Part shown: in pieces, positions 41,261 through 53,669 of the stretch
Numbering within the stretch: the stretch's first letter is position 1
How the letters are laid out: each line of letters begins with the position of its first letter
Assembly: GCA_040954595.2 (NCBI GenBank)
Contig: CM082580.2
Location: 13,938,242-14,002,241, forward strand
Source of the DNA: Balanoglossus misakiensis
Taxonomy: Eukaryota > Animalia > Hemichordata
Direction: 5' to 3'
DNA length: 64,000 nt
The notes under the pieces: model-generated
What the model saw: only the letters and a program-made list of their open reading frames with translations
The model's database searches: none
What the model was told of the DNA's origin: nothing
Made by a program: the position numbers and the translations under genes

Positions 41261-42887
41261 ACAGGCAGACGGACAGAATGGTAATTGTTTAATTTATGTT
41301 TTGATCAAAGTGCTATTGCCATCGGAATATTTTTATAGATATGCGAGCTATTGTGAACAGGGTTTTCACCTTTCACAATTTTTAAACGAGCCGAGAAAAT
41401 CGGGTGATACAATGTGATTCACCTTATCACCTTGGATAGAGTAATTTTACACGCCTAAGCAGATAAGTTGTGTTTCATATATCACCAACTGAGAACATAA
41501 CAATGGTACTCCATCAGTATCGGGAGGATTAATAAACTGATACCGGAAATTAGCGCTGTCAGATGTGATTTCGTCCTCGGTGAAATAACAACGTTAGTAA
41601 AATTAATATGTGCGTTGATAGTGACCCACATTTTTTTGTGTTCTCAACATTTCTCATGGTTGCTTATTTCTGTTGTCCAACATTTCGACGTTGAACGTCC
41701 CCGGATGTAGTAGGTTTGAATATTTGCTTGTTCAAAAATGCCCGGATGCAGTTGCTCCATTCAATGCGGAGTAGAACTTGGGGTGATGAGAGAAATTACT
41801 ATGACAACACTTATACCAAAACATTGATTTAATGAACTAGCAACTTCTGCAGTTTACAGTAACATTTACTACACACAGGAAAGTTTTACAATAGTGGCAA
41901 AAGCGTGACAATGAACTCGACAGTCTTGCTGAGTAAATTGTAAGATCAAGAAATTGTCATTGCAGAAAATATCACAACAGCTGTGAACCGCATGTTCAAG
42001 TTGGCAGCGGAAACACTCTTCTGTTGAAGTAGTAACTCTTAAAGTACACATTTTATAAATGAAGAAGTTGCACAAATCAAAAGGGCTGTTCAGTAGCTTG
42101 CAGGTTTTGTTTTCATCTTGGCCAAACCAGGGTGACTGACCATGAAAGTTAAAGCATAAAGTTACAGCTAGTACAGTATTGGAGCTTTAATGAACAATTA
42201 ACATATAGTGGTGTTACTCGACATATTTTACATTGGACAAAGTTTCTTAAAAGTACAGGACAAATTCAGATCTCCTCGTACAATCATGAAGCATTCTCCC
42301 TAAATAAGGGAGTGCTGTGGCTTGATTTTTCTTTCCCACACTTTCTTTCTTTCTTTCCTTTCTTGTATTACATCATACATCAAACTTCCGACATACTTAA
42401 GATGTCTGTGAATTGAAACTAAAAAAATTTCGGCTGAAGATGTGTTCTCTCAAAGTACTTCAGTCTAGGATTTGTACTTCTGTTTCCTTGGGGGACTTTA
42501 GGCATAAATCAAAACATTGAACCAAAATATAATCAACTTCAACTTCAGCAGCCTGTGTGGGATGACTGGGAACACTTGCTTGGTGGAAGTTACATGTAGA
42601 TGGTGGTTAGTTTCGACCTGCAGAGAGACGACAATCAATATAATCCAGTTAGCCATTTTCATGACCCCTACATGACCTAGTACTTCCATTGGAATGATTC
42701 CATCTGATTGACTAAAACTTCTACAAAAACTCCATAATTGCATCTGTAGTCAAAAAAGTATGTCCTGAATTTAAAATTGACTCTTTTTCAAGCAACATAT
42801 ACGTTAAATGTCCCTAAATGTTGAATTATGACGCTTGGGTGTTGTTACTATGACTTTTCTATTAGGAGTAGTCGCCGTGTAACAACC

Positions 42888-43879
42888 TTAAAGCTTACCA
42901 CTTTCCTCCGGGCATTCGAAGGTGGCGCAGTATATTGCTAAGGTTCCTAATTGTATAGCCGTATCAACATCTGTCGGGTCTGGGCGTTTGTGAGCGTCTG
43001 TTGTTCTTTTCATCGGAGGAGGACCAACGATTTGAAAACGATGACGTTGCTTCAGTTTCTGTGAAGAAACAACAAGACGGAGACACTGACAATGATAACC
43101 ACCATGATGAATCACCACGTGACAATTAACACAAAAAAGTCAGAAATTTGTGATTTTGTGTATACTACACTGCCACATCACTTTCAACTTTCCTTACACC
43201 CAAAAATAAGTCTACTATTGATCCGAACCAAGAATGTCTGAAAATGTTAAGTGAACAATGTTATTGTAGTCATACTTCAGAAAGACATCTATGTGTCTTG
43301 AAAGAAGTTGACATTTTTACTGGAGTGAAGGGTAATGACAAAAGGAAGCAGCCGTCTCTAGTCCGTTTTCATCGCTAGTGTGATATATTAACGTCAGTGC
43401 ACGTGTGAGAAAAATGCATGTTTGGCAAGTCCGATTGTGAGTGGGTGTGTGACAAGGACGAGGTGATAAAATCCTTGAAAAAAAGAACACGAAACAATAA
43501 ATTGATAACCAGTTGCACTGTTTTACCTGTGGGCAATCCTCCTGATTTTGTTTTTTGTGTACACCAAATTGGTGTGATCTTAGTAATTCAGTGAACAAAT
43601 AAATGTCCGCCAGAGGAGTATATCATCGGAGGTCCATCAGACGTGTTTTGTCTTTTCCCATGTAAAGTGAAACCGAAGGGAATGGTGAGAATTTAAATCA
43701 ATTTCTTGTTCTTGTCTTACCCTGCCATTTCCCGGGTTTCTTTTAAGAAATTGGAAGTCTTGTTCTTTGAAGTTGTCTGCACCATTGCTGTCTTCGTAGT
43801 GCGCTTGTGCCAGCGGCAAAAGTAAATTCAAAATCAGTATGCCGATGGTGAAAATGACCGCAACGGAAGAAGTGTTCAT
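42888..43879 (-). CDS. Secreted prepropeptide B2 (109 aa), paralog of B1; coding exons 43879-43721 and 43058-42888
   Basis: MNTSSVAVIFTIGILILNLLLPLAQA-HYEDSNGADNFKEQDFQFLKR-NPGNGR|KLKQRHRFQIVGPPPM-KR-TTDAH-KR-PDPTDVDTAIQLGTLAIYCATFECPEESGKL*. gtaaga donor, phase 0. Shares LILNLLLP, YED, DFxFxKR, M-KR-x5-KR and TAxxLxTLAxxCAT with B1. Confidence 0.88.
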
Positions 43880-46228
43880 CCCGTCGTGAGTTTATTTTTC
43901 AGAAATCTGTAAAATAACAAAAGGGGGGACAAAAATTAAAGAGGGGTCACGTTTTACGGGAAAGCACAGAAAAACGACAGATGCCTAAATATTCAATCAT
44001 GCTGCGGATTGCCACGTGACAAAATTGGCACATTGCAGTTCAGAAGACTCTCTCAAGGAGCAGTTGAATAGAGTGAGGGAATTATGTGACGACGAGATGT
44101 GATTTTTTGCTGATTATATCCTAAAACATCTCATTGTCAAGTCAGGAGAAAGCTTAGAATGTTTCAGTAAGTATATCACTATGTGAAGATTCGTTTGCCG
44201 AGGAAATAGGTAGAAATCCTGATTAATGGTCATCCGTATTTGACGATGACGTCACTGGAGTATAAACCGATGACACCTAATGAAGGAACATCAAGATTGT
44301 CTCGTGAATTTTGTATGACACTTAAGAAGTAGAAAATTGGCTTCAAACACTATATGAGAGGATGCATATTTCCCTGATCTAAAAAACTCAAAATGTAAAT
44401 CAGTTAATGACAACTTCATAAATTCGTGGTTTACAGTTTTAAAGGAATATTTCATATTTCGCGAAAACTTGGTTATTAATGTTATCCTAGATTTTAGATG
44501 TCTCTTGTCCAGGAGGTTAGTGTTCGAAGATAGATTAGGGATTAACAGAAACATGTTAACACGTTAAAAGAACAAGCAAATTCTTGGTTACAAAATGATC
44601 GAACTTAATGAACATTTTGGAAATCAAAATGGCCGAGTTTGGTCTTTGATAACAACCTCAGCCATGCTTCGTTGGTTATTTCATGAAAGCTGCTCCCATC
44701 CGTACAAATGCATGGACACTAAATCGGCTCAAGTGCGTTAACCTTTATTCGGCGGCAAAGTAGCAATCATAAGAAGAGAATGAAATGTCAAGACATCCTA
44801 AGAAGAAAAAGTGAAAATAATGTTTGGTACAAGTAATGACGTAAGCTCTTGTGACTGCACTTTTATTTGATGATTTGGTGACAGGATTACTTGTCCAGTG
44901 ACGCATGTGGTGTTGCTGTCAAAAAGTACTTTGTGATACTACAGAGGAATAGTCCAAAAGGGCGCAATATGTCAATCAAAAATATGTACATGTACATGTA
45001 TGTATGTATGTATGTCTGCATGCGTGTGAGTGAGTGTGCGCGTGCGTTCAAATAGTTTTCTATACTACTGAATGAAAGGTGAAATATTATCTCACAGACT
45101 GCTGCCGTCAATTGTGCTCCTTCTCAAATCACCCAAACCTCCTCCCCACAATAATCAAGTACTTGCTTATCAGCAATGTAGGTGAGCCCTCTATCTCGCA
45201 TCAAAAGTGACGGGTGATCTTCCAATGCCAGATAACGAGAGAGGACGCTGTTTAACCGGAATAGTTGAAAATGCTAAACTCTCCTGTATTAAATGTGGTC
45301 AGACATACATACAGTCATGACATCATAAAAGGGTTTGTCGTATATCGCAGCAATGAAACATTGTATCCGTATCTGATGTTTAAAGGCGTCTATGTTATGT
45401 ACAGCTGCATGGCCATTTGTTTCCGAGTTCCGTTTACAAACAACAGATACATGTATATTGTTTATATGCATAGAAATGCCCAAGTCTTCGAGTATGGGCC
45501 TTTAAGTAATAAATTTGAATTCTCGGTTTTGTAAACCTTGTGAATGGCAGTTTCCCCTGCAAGTGGTGCATATTGCGAACAATGGTGTTGGTGGTGATTC
45601 CAAATTGACTGTTTCAGCTGTCGTACTTCCAGGAGGCGAATGACATCCAAAAATGTTCCGAGATTCGTGCAATGTGGTGAATAATTATCGAACTGATAAT
45701 AATCTTCCTTCATTCTCTGACAGGCAAACATTAAAGGGAGCGCGTGTCTAACAAACCACGAAGAAGCCTAGAGGGGACCTAACAATAAGGAAATTGAAAC
45801 TGCAGAACTATAAGACAACGGAAATGATGTTGTATTGTAGTCTTATCTCCACAATTGTTCAGTCTGTAAGGGACTTGACAACCTTCTTATCGTACAGTCT
45901 CGCTTTCGAACATTTTCTAACCTTTATGCAACTTCTTCCAATCTAAAGACGTGTTTGCAGATATTGAAACAGACAAGAAGAGGCTGGGCACAAGCATTGC
46001 CCATTCAAAATGTACGTCGCAGAAGAATAATTGCAAAGCTGCAGCAAAGTTATGTTGTGTGTTCCAAGCCATCGTAGCACGGAACGTACGCCTGAATTAA
46101 ACATCTATACTTAGCTGTTGAGAAATGAATGTCTTGACGTCCAATCACACATAGCATTAAATGTGTTAACCTGCCTCATCGCAAAAAAAAAAAATTAAAA
46201 TGAAGTACAATGTTTTGTTTTTCCTTAC

Positions 46229-46363
46229 CTTCAGGAAATTGTGTGAATAAACGTCAAGAGATATGTCGTTTTCCAAACGGCGCCAAGCAAAGTAATGCGA
46301 GTCCCTTTGTCAGAGATCAGAGGACCTGGTTGATGTGAAACCCAAGGAGCAGTCCCTATTATA
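46229..46363 (-). promoter_or_regulatory. Predicted non-coding first exon and TATA-like promoter of gene B2
   Basis: Donor AAG|GTAAGG at 46229/46228; TATAATAG at 46363-46356. TATA-to-donor distance is ~134 nt versus ~138 nt in B1, and caaggagc lies next to the TATA in both. An acceptor lies 27 nt upstream of the ATG (exon starts 43906). Confidence 0.5.
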
Positions 46364-47565
46364 GAAGATTGGAAAGAAAACTTAAAAGTGGACTACGATG
46401 TTGCTTCGGTAAAATGCCTTACCGGAAGATCGTCACACACGCAGGGAATTTCTGTGCAGTGAGGGACTTCTCTTCGGCCACACACAGTCAAAGAATCATC
46501 GTGAGTTTATTGGAAGAGTTTTGATGAAATCACTCAAATTGACTTGTAATGAAATACTTAAAACACGCGTACATTATAATTATGGGAACAGTTATTGTCA
46601 TATCGCAACTTTAAATGGACATAATGTTTGAAGTTTTTCTCCTGCATTTTTAGGGGGTGGACCGATATGTGAAAGGAAAAAAAAGAACTTGCCAGTAAAT
46701 CCTTTTATCACTGATTGTGATTATAGTAAAAGCATTGCCATCACAACAAAGTTTTTGTCTCATTTTCGCTCTCCAAACTTTCGTGAAGGGAGGAGTTTGT
46801 TTTCATTATCTACAACCTCCGAGAAAGATCGAGCGCCGTATCGCTTAGTCATATTGGTCGTCATGGTAATGTTAACTTAGCGGGTGGTCTCCTATTAGTT
46901 TCAATGTTCAAGTTGATATCATTATGAAAAAATACATTTGTCCATTTTATAATGACATTGCATAAACAGCGTCCTCTACGAATGATGAAAGCAAGTTTTA
47001 TGTCTGATGTTCATTGGTGTGTACAACTCTGTTACTTTCACGTTTTATGAAGTCGATAGCCATATAATGATAGAAGTGGGTTCAAAGTAACTAGTGAAAG
47101 ACATGATATCGATACACAATCATGATGCATCTCTGAACCACTATTTGATCTTGTAGAGCGAAAACATTATAGGGTGATGTGCCCATCCAGTGCATAAGGA
47201 ATCAAATGACAGATCTGGAAGATGATCGCTCCATGATGGAGAAATTGTCTGACATGAGCAAAGGGAAGATGATTCAAGGATCACCTGAACAACTTCATTA
47301 ACTGCAAGTCGCCTCTATGTAAGTGTGAATTTTTTTGGCTGTATTTTTCCATTTTTACCTAATCTGCACTGTGTGTATGGCAGCTACAATGTAACTGATA
47401 ACTCATAAATGAAAATCTGAAACATTTGCTCATATTTAGATCCAGAAAACTTTATTCTTTTACAAAAACAAACAAAAACAACCTCAGAAGACATTGTGTG
47501 TATTTTGCAGGATCCAAGTTCATGGAATTCATCATATGAAACTGCACAAGAAAGGCATTACACTC

Positions 47566-50500
47566 CTACAAGACCGTCCACTGCTGCGACATTTCATCAT
47601 AAAGTTGATCTATCTGGTTCTCAGTTTGTTCCATTTCAGTCAGATACTCATCCGCGCAGAGGTTGCCGTATACACCACTGGACACATCAGCCACACACTG
47701 CTGTGCATTTCCAAATACATCAGGAACACACTGTACTCTTTCGTCCTGGTGGGAAATTGAAAACAAAATGTTACTACTACATGTTTTCATGATTTGACTG
47801 AAATTCACAGAAACAGTGAAATCCATACTTAGACTGACCTGTGTATCTTCAACCTGAGAGGAGTCACTATAATAACCTGAATAAAATCGTAACTTCATGG
47901 CTTCAGGAGTTGATTTGGGATCTGTAATGCATCAATATGAATCAAGATTGATTGCTGTTAATGACATTCAGCTCATTGAAAAAATGAATGCAAGTCTGTA
48001 AAATTACAATGTGTGTTGCCAGTGGTTTTCTAGAAGATGTAATTAATTGAAAAATCAAGCGTGTTAATACTCCTCGTTTGACACCTTTTGTGAAAATTTC
48101 AAAAATGACAATATTGTAACAATGTTTTCAACAAATTCTACATGTAGGGCTATGGAATGTGATAACCACGCACTGCATCTGGGTAGTCATCTACCTTAAA
48201 TAGTTTTGTCAAGTAATTCTGATGCCTAATAATTTGATCCATACCAGAAGTAACTCTTTCAACTACTCGGTCCAACTGATTGCAGGGCTCAGAATGACGC
48301 AGGAGTGGTGCGTCAGAATGGAAATTGGTCATCATGTTTTCAATGTCTTCCATTTCTTTCATGGCTTCTTCTGCATCACTGGTGATGTCTTCCAGAGAGG
48401 CACTGTCTGTGACTGATTAGAAGGAGAGGCATAGGTAGATGTGATACATAGTTAGAATACTCCTCGGATTAAGGGAAACAATGTGGAAACTATGAGGGGA
48501 ATTTAGGTGTGATAAAAAAACTTAAAACATAAAGTCACAGTATTTTTGGTGCCACTTTTTAGTAGACATAATCGATTCAGTATGTATACATTTTACAACA
48601 TAGCAAGAGGTTAAATAAATTTTTCATGAGCAGAACTTTAATTAAATGGCTTTCCAGGAATGCCCTCAAATGCTAGGACTTCTTAAGATTTTCCATGAAC
48701 GTATGGACCCTGTATAAATTACTAGCAGGAAATGCAAGCTCTTCCTGGAAGAACAAGTACTCAAATCTTATCAGCATTTCTCTTCTTTATCACCTTTCAG
48801 TTGGTTGACTGCGAATGGAATTTCTTTTATTTCTTCTGATGTCATGCAAGATTTAGTCGAACCATTCGATTTTGATGTATCAGGCATGACAATGTCGTAA
48901 TTCTTGCCTGCTTTGTACAGTTCATACGGAAGCAAATTTCTGCAGAAAAAAGAAGATATTCAGGCTTTATTTAGACAAAAATTGTAAAAAAAATGAGTGT
49001 TACAACATATCATGAGCAACACTGTTACTGCTATCAAAGTTAAACAGTAGAGCTATCACAGCAGTTAGAAATGCCCAAGAGGATGATACGAACTCCAATG
49101 CCAATGCTACAATACATCAATGTTTAATCAAAATTGAAAGAAAATGTAAGTTTTTCTGCAGACTCTAACCTTTGATAATAGATCTTGGCAGTTTGTGCTC
49201 CAGAGTTCCTTGTTGTGTTTATTCCTGTTGACTGTTTATAGACAGTGGCCCAGGCACCAGGGCTTATGCAAACCTGATTCAACCAAGGCAAGAAAAATAG
49301 TTCAGAATTTTCTGCTTCAGTATGTAGAAATAAAGCAGACTATGCACAGAGATTTCAAAACTGGTCTTGTACTTTCAATGGGTTATTGTTAACACTATGC
49401 TTAAATGGAAAAAGAAAAAAAAATGAAAACCTTACTTTGTGAAAACCTCCACCATCTTGAACAGCTGAGTACAGCTGATACAGATTGACAGATACGCCAT
49501 GCCAGAAAGGCAGTCTTTTTATTGGCATGGCTCTTGTTTTCATGAAATTCAACACTGTCTCCTGGAAAGCTGCTGCTTTTACTTGCCAAGCCTGCAAAAC
49601 AAGAATTGTCTTACCAAAATGTACAAGCATAATTATTTGAAAGACCAAACTTTCCTTGGTGGCTCAACCAGCACATGGAGACAAATGTCACAAAATTTAC
49701 CAGAACAGCAGCAGTAAATGTCTCCTCCTTTGAAGAGTTGGCAAGTGTTGATAAAGATGGACTCCATATATTGAGAGATGACTCTGCCACCATGCCCGGT
49801 TCCTGTAAATGCATGGGGTTATTTTCATGTGGGATACACACTGTCAATTCAACAGATAAATTTCAACTGTGAATTTTTGAAAGCAAAAGGAAATGAACAG
49901 GTTGGCTAATATTACTATATTAGTATACTACTGAATACCTGCTCTGACTGAGTTTCATTTACTTGTGGGATGTCATGAGATGTCAGTTTCTTCTTTGTCC
50001 CCCCACTCCCATCCGCGCAATCCTTGAGTTTACAGCCAGACTTGCTTGCAGACGCCTTCTGTAATTTTCTTTTCCTTTGTTTAGGTACATGTGTAGGTTT
50101 CTCTGTTGGGTCCTGTGATGTTTCCTTCTGTTGGTGGTCAGATTTTGGGTCTGGAATCCCATTGCCTTTATCTTGTGTTTGGGGTTCTTGATACCTGTAC
50201 ACACACTTGCTAAGACGATCACTACAGGATTCTAACACTAGTCTGTCTGCTTCATCTACAGCCTCTTGAAGAGCCTTTCCATTTGCCTGTGAGCAAGATT
50301 TTTCGAAGGGTTTTCTTTTCTTTGTAGATTTCTGTACAGTAGAAAGACAGAGAGAATTTCATGGGTGTTGTTTCAGTTTCTACAGCTGCTTGAGAAGGAG
50401 ATGAGGAAAAATAACCACACACTTACAAATGATTTTGTGCAAAGCTATTTCTGGCCTTGACAACAATATTATTTTCAATCACATCACAGGAATAATTACT

Positions 50501-52221
50501 AAATGCAGTTATTGGGCCAATGGTATTCTCCACACAATGGAAATATTGCAAAAACAATAAGTGAAAAAAAGATTTTTTACACTTTAAAGCACACAACTTA
50601 ATTTTAGAGATATTGCAGGAGAGGCAACGAGTAGCAGTTGTTGGTTAATAAAAGAGTAGGGAATCCTTACAGCTGACTCAGCATTGCTAGAAAATTAATG
50701 AAGCCATTTAATGTCAAATTACATAGTCTACTGAGAAAGATAAGCCTGTTTGACGCATCCAACTTCTGATTGGTTTTTGAGAGAGAGAAGGGGATTATGT
50801 TTCCTGTTGTTTCTGTTTTATTGTACTGACCTATGGCTAGACATAAGTTCATAACTTACAAAAAAGTAAACCTGCAGATTATGAAGGGATTTAGACCAAA
50901 CAAAGGTGTGGTGAAATAGTTCTCACAGAACTGTCTGTCTTGCACAGGTCAACACTTAAATGATATTTTTGAAAATTGTCAGCCTTGACTTACCTTCCCT
51001 TTTACAGAAAAAGCCTGAGTTTTCATCGGCTTCATCCCTTTTGCATAGACTTCCACATTATAGTATAACACCCAGTAGTGTGAATGTCTTCGACCCAGGA
51101 ACTCCACATGGTACCACAAGACGTCACCTTCCTCATCATGACTAACATATGTGTTGTCCTCTGGGGCTGGGCATAATATGGCAGGCCAACTGAGTACAAA
51201 AATGCAGTTTATCAGAGAGCTTGTTGCACTGTTTGGTTGGTCTTGCTCTCCAGAAAATCGAGGAGAGACTGTGATTGAGCCAACAAACCTGATGATGCAA
51301 GTGGAAGATGGATGCAGACATATAAACATTGCTAACTTACCTAACATGCCCTGGCATCCTGGCCCAAACAAGAGAACCCATTGGCAACTGACTATACACA
51401 TATCGATAGCCATACTTCCCAACACCAGATTCATCACATGTCTCTTCTGGGCACTCACATCTGTTGTGCAGCACATCCTGGTTCAGACTACAAAACCATT
51501 GCTTACTCTCGCATAGTTGACTGGCTTCTTTATATGATATTTTTCTCCATTTGAGGCAGCGTTCATTTTCACACTGGACCCAAGTTTGGTCTGTCACCTG
51601 TGTGAATGAACACCACTTTCAATTTTCATTAATAATGTCACAAAAAATCGTTGAACATTTTTGGGTAACAAACCTCTACATCACTGGGTTCAACAACTGT
51701 GGTAGGATGAAAATTAATGTGTACTAAGACTAAACAGCCAGTCGCTTCATAAATTAATCTTTTTTGGCTCATAAATCAAGACAGGAATATATATCTTGTT
51801 AACATTACCTTTTTGCTGTTTTCTGGATCAGCAATAGGGTTGTTGTTACCATCAGAGAATTGGCTTTCACTTTTTTCATTTGGATTGACACAAGATTCCC
51901 TCTGTAGTATATGCGGTGATGCACTAACTTCCAACAGCTCAGTTGTTTGACGCTCTATATGTAAAGGAATAAATCACATGCCTTCAAAACAGGTATGTAG
52001 ATCTGTTGTAGCTATAACTTTGGGTTATTTTGTGCATTTCACCATGATGAAATGTCCACTACTCTCCTGGTAATGGACATTTCGGATATGTTTCAGTGAT
52101 GAAGAGAAGATTTGTCACGAGCAGCAAGATAAGAAAAAAGTCAGAAACTTTAAAGGAACACTAAAAACACCTGTCTTGAGAAAAAACACAAACCTTTTCG
52201 CGTTTTACTTCTAGTAATCAT
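47566..52221 (-). CDS. ZCWPW2: ZCWPW2-like zf-CW + PWWP chromatin reader with a C-terminal ARID domain (multi-exon)
   Basis: Predicted exons 52221-52194, 51954-51809, 51597-51341 (CW: WVQCENERCLKWR...WFCSLNQD...NRCECPEE; VYSQLPMGSLVWARMPG), 51189-50994 (PWWP: SWPAILCP...YHVEFLGRRHS), 50331-~49939, 49802-49701, 49591-49436, 49273-49170 and 48939-48794 (ARID: FMKTRAMPIKRLP...VNLYQLYSAVQDGGGFHK|VC...WATVY...YYQR|NLLPYE), 48412-~48167, ~47921-47566. The 3' exon borders are uncertain. Confidence 0.8.
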
Positions 52222-52378
52222 CGTCGTACACGCCACCAACCTATAAAAACAAAGGAGAAAGTATATAAGGATAGAGGTGCACTGTGTCCCCCCCCCCCCC
52301 CCCCGATTTCCAAGCCATAATATTTTCTTTTGCATACACTTTCATGACAAACACCATGTATACAGTGGAAAAACTGAC

Positions 52379-53669
52379 CTCAACTTTATCAGATGACCAG
52401 CATCTTAGACTAATTTGAGCAAAAGTTTGTCTGCAGACGACACACGAAGTCGCGAGTCTACGATATATCTATCGAAACTTTTCAGCGTGTGTTAACCGTT
52501 GGTGGCGCTGTTGTCGACAGGCTCACGATATCTCAAGGCGCAGCGTCGCGTTCATCTCGAAGAATCATGCATATCCAGCAAATAAGTTCATGCATCATGC
52601 TCTTTTTACTTTGAAATGATAGAGTACAATATAATTTTCCTCAGTATCTGTGCAAAGTATGACGCAGTACGTGCGATGTACTATCCGAATTCATTTTCTA
52701 GTTACGTCTTGTTTCTTGCTGAATTATGTGTGCTTCGACTTTTGTTGCATTTTGTTCTTCGTTGGCGTATTAAATTGGGTAGGAAGCTTATTTTGCCTCC
52801 AAACCAAGTCGTCCCTCGTCCAATTCAAAATAAGTGTTTGCTTTGAGTGTCATTGATGCCAGGCGTTTCGCGTCATCTATTTGCCAATGAATGGCATCCT
52901 GTACTTGTAGGGCTTCTAATGGGTTGAAAATCAAGTGCTACTTACTGCCAAAGTGGTACTAAAATGTGTACGTAATATGCTTTGAAATGTTAAAGTTTTG
53001 GAAGAATTAGAGTTTATTGCCGAATCGCATGACATCTAAATATCCGAATAATCAAAATGACACAAATAAAGCACGAAAAAAGGGTCAAAAAGTTAGGGTT
53101 AAAAATGACGTGAACAAAACCCCCAACAATCTTTACATTCCCCAACGGCATAGGCGTAGGAACCGGGGGCAGGGGGCACTGGTATTGACGTTTTGCGTTG
53201 GGAATACTCCAGTAATAATTAATATTAGGCCTTCATATTCATAATTAGTTTTAATAATAATACCAATATATTGGTATTGACTAATGGGGGAGTAATACGC
53301 ATTGGGCCTATGGAATTCGCAGTTAGGAAATTGTCACGGGATTCACTGTGAGAAATGCTGTAGCATTGATGATCCCCGGACCTTGTTTTAAAAATTAATG
53401 TATAATGTCGCCGCATATACGTTACATTTTAACGTTGGGACCGAATGACGTCATTGTTGAAAGTTTTGATTTTTAGGTCAAGCTGCTCTCGTGTAGATTT
53501 TTCATGTGATCCATATACAGCGTTTTGATTGGCTAACAACTAAATCGCCATCTTTGTGTCCTGAACGGAGCAGAGAAACTTGTTTCTGGACCGAAGATCT
53601 ACGATATTAAATGAATTTTACTCCTCGTTGGAAACCTTAGGTGGCCCATATTTGGGTCTGGGGTGATAG
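52379..53669. promoter_or_regulatory. Divergent promoter region of ZCWPW2-like (-) and TMEM98 (+), including predicted 5' non-coding exons
   Basis: Minus-strand donor at 52379/52378 and plus-strand donor ag|gtaagt at 53669/53670. CpG is visibly richer here; CRE at 53446-53453, inverted CCAAT near 53530, YY1-like cgccatcttt near 53547. Confidence 0.5.

Noticed and set aside
40384-41417. Long ORFs of up to 302 aa (HTYI/MYVC repeats)
   Set aside because: Translation of a stop-free (TACA)n satellite; not a gene, and not a CRISPR-like array because there are no unique spacers.
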